From an uncultured Actinomycetota bacterium (GTDB lineage: Bacteria; Actinomycetota; Actinomycetes; JAFAQI01): 64,000 nt of DNA. The notes beneath the pieces were generated by a model. It saw only the letters and a program-made list of their open reading frames with translations, did not search any database and had not been told where the DNA came from. A program made the position numbers and the translations under genes. Every line of letters starts with the position of its first letter. Within the stretch, counting starts at the first letter, position 1. The stretch spans positions 1 to 64,000 of the forward strand of contig CAVYQE010000008.1 of NCBI GenBank assembly GCA_963770565.1, given 5' to 3'. Shown piece after piece: positions 18,501 to 27,808 of this stretch.

Positions 18501-18695
18501 ATGACCCACTCCTTCGTGCTCCATTTGTCCTCGACGGCGCTGCGTGACGGCGATATCCGCGGTGTCGTCGAGGTGGTAGCGACCGGGGAACGCACGACGG
18601 TCAAGACCTTGGAGGAGCTGCGAGATCTGCTAGCGCGGCAGGCCAGGTGCCGAAGCGCCGAGGCCACCGATCCGACTGATGGAGAAGGAGCCTGA
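18501..18695 (+). CDS. Small hypothetical protein downstream of the BTAD regulator
   Basis: SFVLHL...RGVVEVVATGER...TLEELRDLL; GACGCT -10-like hexamer 6 nt before the ATG. Confidence 0.65.
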   Translation: MTHSFVLHLSSTALRDGDIRGVVEVVATGERTTVKTLEELRDLLARQARCRSAEATDPTDGEGA

Positions 18696-18789
18696 CGGGT
18701 AACTGCAATCAAGCGCCTTCGGAACGCGAGGTCAACCGCGCTTCGATATCGATGTCACCGTCGGTTCAGACCCGCTGCCGTCTAGGCCA

Positions 18790-20415
18790 CTAGCTGCAGG
18801 TACTGCCGTACGACCAACCGAATTGCTGCAGTGCGGACTGGTTGGGGACGCTCATCGTCATTCCGCTGCTTGCGTTCCATCCGGTGACGGCGGTGCCGTC
18901 CTCCCACTGCTTGAGTGTCGGCAGATCGTTGACCTCGCCAGCCTGCAATGCCTGCAGCAGCGTGAGACCACCGTTTTGGACCGTGCTCCACTCGGCCGGG
19001 TCGAGGACGAGATCGCCGGCCGTCGCCCCGGTGTCAGGCACCGTCCCATCGGAGGCAACGCGTGGTGCGTCGGCTGCCGCAGAAACGAGGAGCACCGTGC
19101 CGTGCGGTGAGTTCGCGACACTGAAAACCAGTCCACCGAGCTGTACGCCGGTGGTGTGACCGCTAGCCGCAAGACCCGCGAGCGTCGAGGCGAGAGTGGA
19201 CGGATCGGCGCTGGTGAAGGTGACCTGCGACCTGAGCGCTTTGAGCTCAGTGGTGAAGTCGGATAACGACGTCGTCGGTTTGAGTGGGGTGACATCGAGC
19301 GTCTTGGTGTCCGAGGCTGCCGCCGCATCCGACGACAGCTCGCCGGCCTCGTTCATGCCCCAAGCCTCCAGCGACCAGCGGCCAGGGACAGTGCCGACGG
19401 CCAGGGTGAGATTCTCGACGCCGCTCGCACCGGTGTTGACGGTCAGCGGCACGCTCACCGTGTCGCTCATCGCGCCGGTCGGCCACTTGCGCCCGCTGAT
19501 GTCGCACATCGCCACCTTCGGCGCCGTCGTCAACGCGGAGCTCTCGTCACTCGGATCGATAGTGAGCATGACATTCTCGTTCCGCGCAGGCTTGCCGTAC
19601 TTCGTCGTTGTCAAGGTCGCGTGCACGATGTGCATCCCATCAGCTGCGACCGAGGAGCTCGATAGATCGAGCACGACCTTGAGACCGGCGTTAAGCCGGA
19701 AGTCGGCGGTCAACTTTGTGTTCTTCTTCACATGAACCGCGGCAGACGCCGGGGTGAAGGTTGACTTCTTCACCGAGGTGTCGTCCGGGACGACCCGGTA
19801 GCTGCCGGGTGCCACCTCCATGAAATAGATGCCACCGGGCCCACTGACCGCGGTGTAATGCCGGTGACCGTCATAGGCCTTGACCTCAACGCCCTGAACC
19901 GGACTGTCCAACTTCTTGTGTGCGCCTGATCCGCTGTCGTCGCGGTTGGTGACGATGCCCTCGATAAATCCGTTCTTCGGTTTGTGCGCGAACGTCACCC
20001 ATGCTTTCGCACCCTTGTCGAACCTCCCACCCTCCGTCGGATCATCGGCACCGCACGGCGCAGGGCCGCCCCCACCCGTCACTCCGAAGTAGTTCATCCC
20101 CTTCGTCATGCCCTTCGTGTGCGCTACCGGGGCAGCGACCGACCCGGACTCCAGGGCACCCCAGTACCCGTCCCAGTACTCGACCGAGTAACTAGTCGCC
20201 TTCGGCACGCTCGGAAACTCAATCCCGACCCCCCAGTAGCAACGACCGTCCGAGACCGACGACACGGCGACGAAGTTCGCCGGTATGCGCATCTGATACG
20301 GACCACCCGCGGCGCCCGCCGCACCGGCCTCACTCGGTCGCACGGCGCCCAGACCCGTCAAACACGCCAAACCAATGCCAGCAATCGCCAGCATTCGCAA
20401 CGTAACAAGCTTCAC
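18790..20415 (-). CDS. Secreted multidomain protein with carboxypeptidase-regulatory-like/Ig-like domains
   Basis: RBS plus GTG at 20415, signal peptide, IEGIVT...PVQGVEV...GIY...VAPGSYRV. Confidence 0.75.
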   Translation of the reverse strand: MKLVTLRMLAIAGIGLACLTGLGAVRPSEAGAAGAAGGPYQMRIPANFVAVSSVSDGRCYWGVGIEFPSVPKATSYSVEYWDGYWGALESGSVAAPVAHTKGMTKGMNYFGVTGGGGPAPCGADDPTEGGRFDKGAKAWVTFAHKPKNGFIEGIVTNRDDSGSGAHKKLDSPVQGVEVKAYDGHRHYTAVSGPGGIYFMEVAPGSYRVVPDDTSVKKSTFTPASAAVHVKKNTKLTADFRLNAGLKVVLDLSSSSVAADGMHIVHATLTTTKYGKPARNENVMLTIDPSDESSALTTAPKVAMCDISGRKWPTGAMSDTVSVPLTVNTGASGVENLTLAVGTVPGRWSLEAWGMNEAGELSSDAAAASDTKTLDVTPLKPTTSLSDFTTELKALRSQVTFTSADPSTLASTLAGLAASGHTTGVQLGGLVFSVANSPHGTVLLVSAAADAPRVASDGTVPDTGATAGDLVLDPAEWSTVQNGGLTLLQALQAGEVNDLPTLKQWEDGTAVTGWNASSGMTMSVPNQSALQQFGWSYGSTCS

Positions 20416-21067
20416 GTCTTCCCCTTCAGCGCGGGTGGATCGGGCTTGAGATTTCGCCGCAGACCGGCCAGCGGTGACGCCCACAAGCGATGTCGATGCG
20501 CACCCTCAGCGACCTGATGAAAGCCAACGTAGAAGGCTCGCGTCATCCCCGCGACGTGCCATTGCCTAGAGCGCTGATGACCCGAATGAGCTAGTCAAAC
20601 CCGTCGCAACCCGTGGCCGGCAGGCACGCACGCGATCTACGGCACTCGAGCCTCGGGATCGGCGCACATGGTCATTGTCGTCGCCACCGCGCCACCAGCG
20701 GACTACGAAGTAGCCCGACACCGCTGGGGTGGACTCCAATAAGAAGAGCCTCTAACGAACCCAGGGGCGGTTCATGTCGACGGCGTTCTAAATCTGGTCG
20801 GTTCGGCGGCCCTGTGGTGGCCGAACCTCATCCACGTCGCCATTGTCCGGCATCGTGTTCACAGAGGAACGGCCTTGTCTCGATTACGCGAGGTGGGTCA
20901 AGCGTTGACTTCGAATTCCTGCCGAGGTGGATCCAATCCCAGATTCCGAAGCATCGAATAGGACCAGCTCGGAGCGATTGGTGTGGGCCTCAGACCGTCG
21001 AATAGCTCGTTGTTATCGCTCGCGTTGGTTGCCGCCCCAGGCGATGTTTGGGCGGCATCGTCGACTG

Positions 21068-21093
21068 AGTTTGGCTAGCAGTTTGGCTAGCAG
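21068..21093 (+). repeat. Putative integrase arm-type sites, right end
   Basis: Tandem AGTTTGGCTAGC x2, about 60 bp from att. Confidence 0.65.
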
Positions 21094-21151
21094 CCCGAAT
21101 GAGGTGATCACGGTCCTTGGGCTCCTAGGCCGCTGACCTGCAGGTTTACCG

Positions 21152-21225
21152 TGGGCGGTACAGGACTTGAACCTGTGACCTCTTCCGTGTCAGGGAAGCG
21201 CGCTACCAGACTGCGCCAACCGCCC
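21152..21225 (-). tRNA. tRNA-Val(GAC)
   Basis: Cloverleaf GGGCGGT..., anticodon arm CTTCC-CTGACAC-GGAAG, GTTCAA T-loop. Confidence 0.97.
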
Positions 21226-21238
21226 GTGCTGTGTTGCG

Positions 21239-21310
21239 AGGCGGGAGCGGGAATCGAACCCGCGTACAGGGCTTTGCAGGCCCTTGCCTAAGCCACTCGG
21301 CCATCCCGCC
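21239..21310 (-). tRNA. tRNA-Cys(GCA)
   Basis: GGCGGGA acceptor stem, CTGCAAA anticodon loop, U discriminator. Confidence 0.97.
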
Positions 21311-21345
21311 TGGAGGTGCAAGGGGCACCCCGTAAGGCGCCACCG

Positions 21346-21418
21346 AGCGGACGACGGGATTCGAACCCGCGACCCTCACCTTGGCAAGGTGATGCGCTAC
21401 CAGCTGCGCTACGTCCGC
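21346..21418 (-). tRNA. tRNA-Gly(GCC)
   Basis: GCGGACG acceptor stem, TTGCCAA anticodon loop. Confidence 0.97.
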
Positions 21419-21493
21419 GCGCCCGAGGCGTCAGATCGCCTCCTCGGTGCGCCGACGATGCTACAGGAGCGCCCGGCATGACAGCATCGCCCC

Positions 21494-22411
21494 GTGGTGC
21501 TCACGCAGCCGGATCGACGCTGGCCGAGGGCCTCGGACTGGCTCGCGGCGGGCCCCGGCGAACGGCCGGTCGACCTCGCCGTACTCGGGGTTCCGGCCTT
21601 CGCCACCTCGCTGTCGCAGACCGGCGCGCACGCGACGCCGGCCGCCATCCGCCGGGCGCTCGGGCGGTTTTCGACCTGGTGCGCGTCGCGGCGGATTGAC
21701 CTGGCCGAGATGATCGCGCCGTGGGACCGCGGCGACGTCGCCGACCCGGACATCCCGGTCGAGGGGGAGTGGCGGGTCCGGACGGCGGCCGAGACAGCCG
21801 CGGCGAAGTCGCGCCTCCTGCTCGCGCTCGGCGGTGACAACTCGCTGAGCTACCCGGTCATGGCGGGTGCGTTCGGCGCCACGCTCTCGACCGCCGGCCT
21901 CGTCACGCTCGACGCCCACCACGACCTGCGCGACGGGCGGAGCAACGCCACCCCGGTCCGGGACCTGATCGAGGCCGGGCTGAAGGGCGAGCACATCGTG
22001 CAGGTCGGCATCGCGGACTGGGCCGACAGCCGGTCCTATGCCACCGAAGCGCATGCTCGCGGCGTGACCGTGATCGGCCGCGGCGAGATCGCGGCGCGCG
22101 GCGTCGACGATTGCCTGCGGGAGGCGTTCGAGATCGCCGGTCAGGGCGGCGGCGGGATCTACGTCGACCTCGACCTCGACGTCTGCGACCGGTCGGTCGC
22201 GCCGGCATGCCCGGGCGCGCTCCCAGGCGGGTTGTCGGCCGCCGAGTTGATGCAAGCCGCGTTCCACGCGGCCAACGACCAGCGGGTCCGCGCGATCGAT
22301 ATCGCCGAAGTGGACTCCACTCGCGACGCGGGCGACGAACGCACCGTCCTGCTGGCCGCGATGTGCGTGCTCGAGGTCGCCGCGGGCCTGGCGCTGCGAG
22401 GCGAGGAATGA
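21494..22411 (+). CDS. hutG: Arginase-family formimidoylglutamase
   Basis: LGGDNS, DAHHD, DLDLDVCD, PGGL; in an operon with hutHUI. Confidence 0.78.
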   Translation: MVLTQPDRRWPRASDWLAAGPGERPVDLAVLGVPAFATSLSQTGAHATPAAIRRALGRFSTWCASRRIDLAEMIAPWDRGDVADPDIPVEGEWRVRTAAETAAAKSRLLLALGGDNSLSYPVMAGAFGATLSTAGLVTLDAHHDLRDGRSNATPVRDLIEAGLKGEHIVQVGIADWADSRSYATEAHARGVTVIGRGEIAARGVDDCLREAFEIAGQGGGGIYVDLDLDVCDRSVAPACPGALPGGLSAAELMQAAFHAANDQRVRAIDIAEVDSTRDAGDERTVLLAAMCVLEVAAGLALRGEE

Positions 22412-23226
22412 CGCTCTGGGTGGACGGCGTACTGGTCGAGCCCGGTACGCCGGTCCTCCGCGCGGACGACCACGGGGTCACGGTCGGCGACGGCGTGTTC
22501 GAGGCGATGAAGGTGATCGACGGCCGACCGTTCGCGCTGACCCGGCATCTGCGGCGCCTCGAGCGGTCGGCCGGCGGCGTCGGGATCGAGCTCGATCTCG
22601 ACCGGGTGCGGGCCGCGATCGACGAGGTCCTGGCGACCGATATCCCGCCACGTGCCCGGCTGCGGGTCACGTTGACCGGCGGGCCTTCGGCGTTCGTCAC
22701 GACGAGAGGCGACGCGACGCCGACCCTGATCGTCTCGACCTCGCCGCTGTCCGACTGGCCGGCGGTCGCCGATGTCGCCACCGTGCCGTGGACCCGCAAC
22801 GAGCACTCGGCGACTGCCGGGCTGAAGACCACGTCCTACCTGGAGAACGTCGTCGCGCTGCGCTATGCCCACGAGCGGGACGCGTCGGAGGCGATCCTCG
22901 CGAACACCGCCGGTGAGCTGTGCGAGGGCACCGGCAGCAACGTGTTCGTCGGGATCGGCGGCGAGCTGTTCACCCCGCCGGCCGAGAGCGGCTGCCTGCT
23001 GGGCATCACCCGCGACCTGCTGGTCGAGTGGCTCGGCGACGTGAACGAGCGCGCCGTACCGTTGGCTGCCCTGGCCGACGCGGACGAGGCGTTTCTGGCG
23101 TCGAGCACTCGCGACGTGCAGGCGATCCGAATGGTCGACGGTCGCACGTTGCCGGCGGCTCCGGGCCCGCTCACCCAGCGGGCGATCGAGGTCTTCGCGA
23201 CGCGAAGCACAGAGGTGGATCCATGA
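22408..23226 (+). CDS. Aminotransferase class IV / 4-amino-4-deoxychorismate lyase-like
   Basis: GDGVFE, HLRRL, LKTTSY, EGTGSNVF, LLGITR. Confidence 0.88.
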   Translation: MTLWVDGVLVEPGTPVLRADDHGVTVGDGVFEAMKVIDGRPFALTRHLRRLERSAGGVGIELDLDRVRAAIDEVLATDIPPRARLRVTLTGGPSAFVTTRGDATPTLIVSTSPLSDWPAVADVATVPWTRNEHSATAGLKTTSYLENVVALRYAHERDASEAILANTAGELCEGTGSNVFVGIGGELFTPPAESGCLLGITRDLLVEWLGDVNERAVPLAALADADEAFLASSTRDVQAIRMVDGRTLPAAPGPLTQRAIEVFATRSTEVDP

Positions 23227-24758
23227 GTGTCCTCGTCACGCCCGCCCCGCTGACTCCGGCGGAGGTGCTCGCGGTCGCCCGGGACGGGGTCGAGATCGCC
23301 CTGTCCGAGTCCGCGCTCGCCGCGATGGCGGCGTCCCGCGCGTACGTCGAACGGCTCGGCGCTTCCGATGTGCCGGCGTACGGGATCTCCACCGGCTTCG
23401 GCGCCCTAGCGACCACGGAGATCCCGGTTGCGCGCCGCCGTGACCTGCAACGGTCGCTGGTGCGCTCGCACGCGGCCGGCACCGGCGCGCCGGTCGAGCG
23501 CGAGGTCGTCCGCGCGATGCAGCTGCTCCGGCTGCACACCCTCGCCACCGGGCACACCGGTGCGCGCCCGCTGCTGGCCGAGGCGATGGTCGCGATGCTT
23601 AACGCCGGCCTGACACCGGTCGTACCGGAGTTCGGCTCGCTCGGCTGCAGCGGCGACCTCGCGCCGCTGGCGGCCTGCGCCCTGGCGCTGATGGGCGAAG
23701 GCCAGGCGTACGACGGCGCGGGCGCGCTGGTCGACGCGACCGAAGCGCTGCGGGTCGCCGGTCTCACGCCGATCGTGCTCGAGGAGAAGGAAGGCCTCGC
23801 GCTGCTCAACGGCACCGACGGGATGCTCGGCATGCTCGTGATGGCCAACCACGACATGTCCCGCCTCATCGTGGCCGCCGACCTGTCCGCGGCGATGAGT
23901 GTCGAGGCGCTGCTCGGCACGGATCGGGTCTTCGCGGCCGACCTCCAAGCGTTGCGGCCGCAGCCCGGTCAGGCGCTGTCCGCTGCCAACATGCGCGCGA
24001 TCCTGGCCGGCTCCGGGATCGTCTCCTCGCACGCCGGCCCGGAGGACACCCGGGTGCAGGACGCCTATTCGCTGCGCTGCGCGCCGCAGGTCGCGGGCGC
24101 CTGCCGCGACACCGTCGACCACGCCCGCCGGATCGCCGAACACGAGCTGGCGTCCGCGATCGACAACCCGGTGGTCCTCGACGACGGCCGGGTCGAGTCC
24201 AACGGCAACTTCCACGGCGCACCGGTCGGCTACGTCCTGGACTTCCTGGCGATCGCGGCCGCCGATCTCGCGTCGATGTCTGAGCGGCGTACCGATCGGA
24301 TGCTTGACCGGCACCGCTCGCACGGGCTGCCGCCGTTCCTGGCCGGCGAGCCGGGGGTTGACTCGGGGCACATGATCGCGCAGTACACCCAGGCCGCGTT
24401 GGTCAGCGAGTGCAAGCGGCTCGCCGCGCCCGCGAGCGTCGACTCGATCCCATCGTCGGCGATGCAGGAGGACCACGTCTCGATGGGGTGGTCGGCGGCC
24501 CGCAAGCTCCGCCGGTCGCTGGACCTGGTCGCCCGCGTGATCGCAATCGAGATCCTCACCGCGGCGCGGGCGCTTGACCTCCGTACGCCGATCGAACCCG
24601 CGCCCGCGACCGGCGCGGTGATCGGGCGGCTGCGCGAGTCGGTGCCGGGCCCGGGACCCGATCGCCATCTGGCGCCGGAGATCGACCACGCCGTACGCGG
24701 GGTGAAGGACGGTTCCCTGGTGGCGGCCGCCGAGACCGTCACCGGCCCCCTGCACTGA
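23223..24758 (+). CDS. hutH: Histidine ammonia-lyase
   Basis: YGISTGFG, GSLGCSGDLAPL, VQDAYSLRC, NGNFHG, QEDHVSMG. Confidence 0.96.
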   Translation: MSVLVTPAPLTPAEVLAVARDGVEIALSESALAAMAASRAYVERLGASDVPAYGISTGFGALATTEIPVARRRDLQRSLVRSHAAGTGAPVEREVVRAMQLLRLHTLATGHTGARPLLAEAMVAMLNAGLTPVVPEFGSLGCSGDLAPLAACALALMGEGQAYDGAGALVDATEALRVAGLTPIVLEEKEGLALLNGTDGMLGMLVMANHDMSRLIVAADLSAAMSVEALLGTDRVFAADLQALRPQPGQALSAANMRAILAGSGIVSSHAGPEDTRVQDAYSLRCAPQVAGACRDTVDHARRIAEHELASAIDNPVVLDDGRVESNGNFHGAPVGYVLDFLAIAAADLASMSERRTDRMLDRHRSHGLPPFLAGEPGVDSGHMIAQYTQAALVSECKRLAAPASVDSIPSSAMQEDHVSMGWSAARKLRRSLDLVARVIAIEILTAARALDLRTPIEPAPATGAVIGRLRESVPGPGPDRHLAPEIDHAVRGVKDGSLVAAAETVTGPLH

Positions 24759-24895
24759 GCGCGGGCTGTAGGCAGGCGCGGCAGCTGCACTGAGCGCGGG
24801 CTGAGGCAGGTACCAAGCAATGTCACATTGCCCCCACAAAGTGGAGGGCAATGTGACATAACCCCCGGAGAGGGCTGGGCGATGTGACATTGCTT
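24750..24895. repeat. Duplicated hutH 3' end plus three REP-like palindromic units
   Basis: DR 24750-24776 / 24785-24810; AAGCAATGTCACATTGCCC (24815-24833) inverted at 24846-24859 and 24877-24895. Confidence 0.8.
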
Positions 24896-24940
24896 AGCAG
24901 CGGCTTGGGAGTGACGGCGGGCTGGCGTAGGGTCCGCGAC

Positions 24941-26623
24941 ATGGATGGTGCACGCCCGGTCCGCGCCCCGCGCGGCACACAGCGAACCGCGCAGTCCTGG
25001 GGAGCCGAAGGCGCCCTGCGGATGCTGCAGAACAACCTCGACCCGGAAGTGGCCGAGCGCCCGGACGACCTGGTCGTGTACGGCGGATCCGGCCGGGCCG
25101 CGCGCGACTGGCGCAGCTTCGACGCGATTGTCGAGTCGCTTCGCACGATGGCACCGGACGACACCTTGCTGGTCCAGAGCGGCAAGCCGGTCGGCATCGT
25201 GCGCACCCACGACATGGCGCCGCGGGTCCTGATCGCCAACTCCAACCTGGTCCCCAAGTGGGCGACTCCGGAGCACTTCCGCGAGCTCGAGGACCAAGGG
25301 CTGATCATGTACGGCCAGATGACCGCCGGTTCGTGGATCTACATCGGCACCCAGGGCATCCTCCAAGGCACCTACGCAACCTTTGCCGAGGTGGCCAACC
25401 AGCACTTCGGTGGCACGCTCGCCGGCCGCTGGGTCCTCACCGCCGGCCTCGGCGGGATGGGTGGCGCGCAGCCACTCGCGGTCACTGGCAACGGTGGCGC
25501 GGTGCTCTGCATCGAGGTGGACCCGACCCGGGCGCAGCGCCGGCTCGACCACGGCTACCTCGACGAGATCGCCGACTCGCTCGAAGACGGCCTGGCCCGG
25601 GTGCAGACCGCCGCCCGCGAGCGCCGCGCGCTATCGGTCGCGGTCGTCGCCAACGCCGCCGATGTCTTCCCGGACCTGGCCAAGCGCGGGATCACGCCCG
25701 ACATCGTCACCGACCAGACCAGCGCTCACGACGCCCTCAACGGCTATGTCCCGAACGGGATGACGCTCGACGAGGCGCTCGAGCTGCGTCGTACCAAGCC
25801 TTCGGAGTACGTCGAACGCGCGCAGCACGCAATGGCGGTGCACTGCCAGGCGATGCTCGACCTGCACACCGCCGGCGCGGTGGTCTTCGACTACGGCAAC
25901 GGTCTGCGCGGGCAAGCCCAAGACGCCGGAGTCACGAACGCCTTCGACTACCCGGGCTTCGTGCTCGCCTACATCCGGCCGCTGTTCTCGCGCGGCTCCG
26001 GGCCGTTCCGCTGGGCCTGCCTGTCGGGCGACCCGGCCGATCTCGCCGCGACCGACCAGGCCATCCTGTCGGCGTTCCCGGACGACGACGGCCTGCAGCG
26101 CTGGGTCCGGTTCGCCGCCGAGAAGGTCAAGGGCCAAGGCCTGCCGTCGCGGATCTGCTGGCTCGGGTACGGCGAACGGCACGTCGCCGGTCTGGCGTTC
26201 GACGACCTGGTCGCCCGCGGGATGGTGACCGCGCCGATCGCGATCGGGCGCGACCATCTCGACTCGGGGTCGGTCGCGAGCCCCGAGCGCGAGACCGAGG
26301 GAATGCGCGACGGCAGCGACGCGATCGCGGACTGGCCGCTGCTCAACGCGCTGCTCAACACCGCGTCCGGGGCGAGCTGGGTCTCGATCCATCACGGCGG
26401 CGGCACCGGCATCGGCAAGTCGATCCACGCCGGCCAGGTGATCGTCGTCGAAGGCACCCCGCTGTCGCGGCGGAAGGTCGAGCTGGTCCTCACCAACGAC
26501 CCCGGCACGGGTGTGATCCGCCACGCCGACGCCGGGTACGACATCGCCCTCGACACCGCGCGCACGGTCGGGATCCGGATGCCACTCGAGCCAGGGACGC
26601 ACGCGCCGGCCTGGCAGGCGTGA
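24941..26623 (+). CDS. hutU: Urocanate hydratase
   Basis: [40 protein letters not shown]. Confidence 0.97.
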   Translation: MDGARPVRAPRGTQRTAQSWGAEGALRMLQNNLDPEVAERPDDLVVYGGSGRAARDWRSFDAIVESLRTMAPDDTLLVQSGKPVGIVRTHDMAPRVLIANSNLVPKWATPEHFRELEDQGLIMYGQMTAGSWIYIGTQGILQGTYATFAEVANQHFGGTLAGRWVLTAGLGGMGGAQPLAVTGNGGAVLCIEVDPTRAQRRLDHGYLDEIADSLEDGLARVQTAARERRALSVAVVANAADVFPDLAKRGITPDIVTDQTSAHDALNGYVPNGMTLDEALELRRTKPSEYVERAQHAMAVHCQAMLDLHTAGAVVFDYGNGLRGQAQDAGVTNAFDYPGFVLAYIRPLFSRGSGPFRWACLSGDPADLAATDQAILSAFPDDDGLQRWVRFAAEKVKGQGLPSRICWLGYGERHVAGLAFDDLVARGMVTAPIAIGRDHLDSGSVASPERETEGMRDGSDAIADWPLLNALLNTASGASWVSIHHGGGTGIGKSIHAGQVIVVEGTPLSRRKVELVLTNDPGTGVIRHADAGYDIALDTARTVGIRMPLEPGTHAPAWQA

Positions 26624-27801
26624 CGGCAAGCCCCGCCGGCCTCGTCGTCCGGCGGGTCGGTCGCCTGACCACCTGGTCGCTGCCGCGCCTCGACGATGCC
26701 GCGGTCGTGATCACCGACGGCCTGGTTGAGTGGGTCGGCCACGATCGCGACCTGCCGAGTGGTCTCGGCGACCGTCCGGAGCTCGATGCGGCCGGGGCGG
26801 CTGTGCTCCCGGGCTTCGTCGACTGCCACACCCACGCGGTCTGGGCCGGCACCCGGCGCGACGACGTGCGGGCCCGGCTCGAAGGTGGCGACTACACCCC
26901 GGCCGGGATCGCCTCCACCGTCGCCGCGACCCGCGCGGCGTCCTACGAGGACCTGCTCGGTCTCGCCGGCGACCGGATCAGGTCGATGGTGCGAGCCGGC
27001 TCGACCACAGTCGAGGTCAAGTCCGGCTATGGCCTGACACCGACCGACGAGGGCCGGATCCTCGACGTGATCGGCGCGCTCGGCGTCACCCAGCCGGCGG
27101 CGATCGACGCGACGTACCTGGCCGCACACGTGGTGCCTGCCGGCCGCGACCACACGGAGTACGTCGAGGAGGTCATCGCCAACCTGCCGGCCGCGAAGGC
27201 ACGGCGGGCCCGCTGGTGTGACGTCTTCTGCGACGACGGTGCCTTCACCGTCGATGATGCCTTGCGGATCCTGACCGCCGCGGCCCGCCACGGGCTCGGC
27301 GGCCGGATCCACGCCGAGCAGCTGTCACACACCGGCGCGGCACTGCTCGCGGCGGAGCTGGGCTGCGCGAGCGCGGATCACCTCGACCACGTCACGCCGG
27401 CGGACGCGACCGCATTGGCGGCGGCGGGCGTCGTCGGCGTACTGGTGCCGGTCGCGTCGCTCTACACCCGCAACGGCCGCTGGGCGCACGCCGCGATCCT
27501 TCGGGACGCCGGCGTGACCCTCGCCGTCGCGACCGACTGCAACCCTGGCACGGCGTGGTGCGAGTCGATGCCGTACGCCGTCCAGCTCGCCTGCCTCGGG
27601 ATGGGGCTGGGGATCGACGAGGCACTGGAGGCGGCGACGCTGGGCGGGGCGAATGCGTTGCGACGCAACGACATCGGGCATCTCGGCATCGGTGCGCGTG
27701 GTGACCTCATCGTGCTGACCAGCGACCACGAGGCCGACGTGGTGGCCCACCTCGGTGCGCCGGCGATCACCGCGACGGTGGTCGGCGGCGTCGTGACCTA
27801 G
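26620..27801 (+). CDS. hutI: Imidazolonepropionase
   Basis: [34 protein letters not shown]. Confidence 0.94.
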   Translation: MTASPAGLVVRRVGRLTTWSLPRLDDAAVVITDGLVEWVGHDRDLPSGLGDRPELDAAGAAVLPGFVDCHTHAVWAGTRRDDVRARLEGGDYTPAGIASTVAATRAASYEDLLGLAGDRIRSMVRAGSTTVEVKSGYGLTPTDEGRILDVIGALGVTQPAAIDATYLAAHVVPAGRDHTEYVEEVIANLPAAKARRARWCDVFCDDGAFTVDDALRILTAAARHGLGGRIHAEQLSHTGAALLAAELGCASADHLDHVTPADATALAAAGVVGVLVPVASLYTRNGRWAHAAILRDAGVTLAVATDCNPGTAWCESMPYAVQLACLGMGLGIDEALEAATLGGANALRRNDIGHLGIGARGDLIVLTSDHEADVVAHLGAPAITATVVGGVVT

Positions 27802-27808
27802 TCGCGGA

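Larger units (their letters stand above)
13950..21024. mobile_element. 7-kb segment bounded by 58-bp imperfect inverted repeats (candidate non-autonomous element)
   Basis: The reverse complement of 13950-14007 matches 20967-21024 at 50/58 positions, ungapped. Confidence 0.65.
6150..21193. mobile_element. 15-kb genomic island integrated at the tRNA-Val(GAC) 3' end; no intact integrase
   Basis: Flanking 43-bp direct repeats, arm-like repeats near both ends, accessory cargo. Confidence 0.9.

Noticed and set aside
20613-20960. ORFs and a possible IS-end-like AGAGCCTCTAAC between the secreted gene and the right IR
   Set aside because: No recognisable protein motif or partner end; probably decayed sequence, and a call cannot be supported.
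23630-23670. HutH MIO tripeptide reads Cys-Ser-Gly instead of Ala-Ser-Gly
   Set aside because: To my knowledge this is the usual variant in actinobacterial HutH, so not novel.
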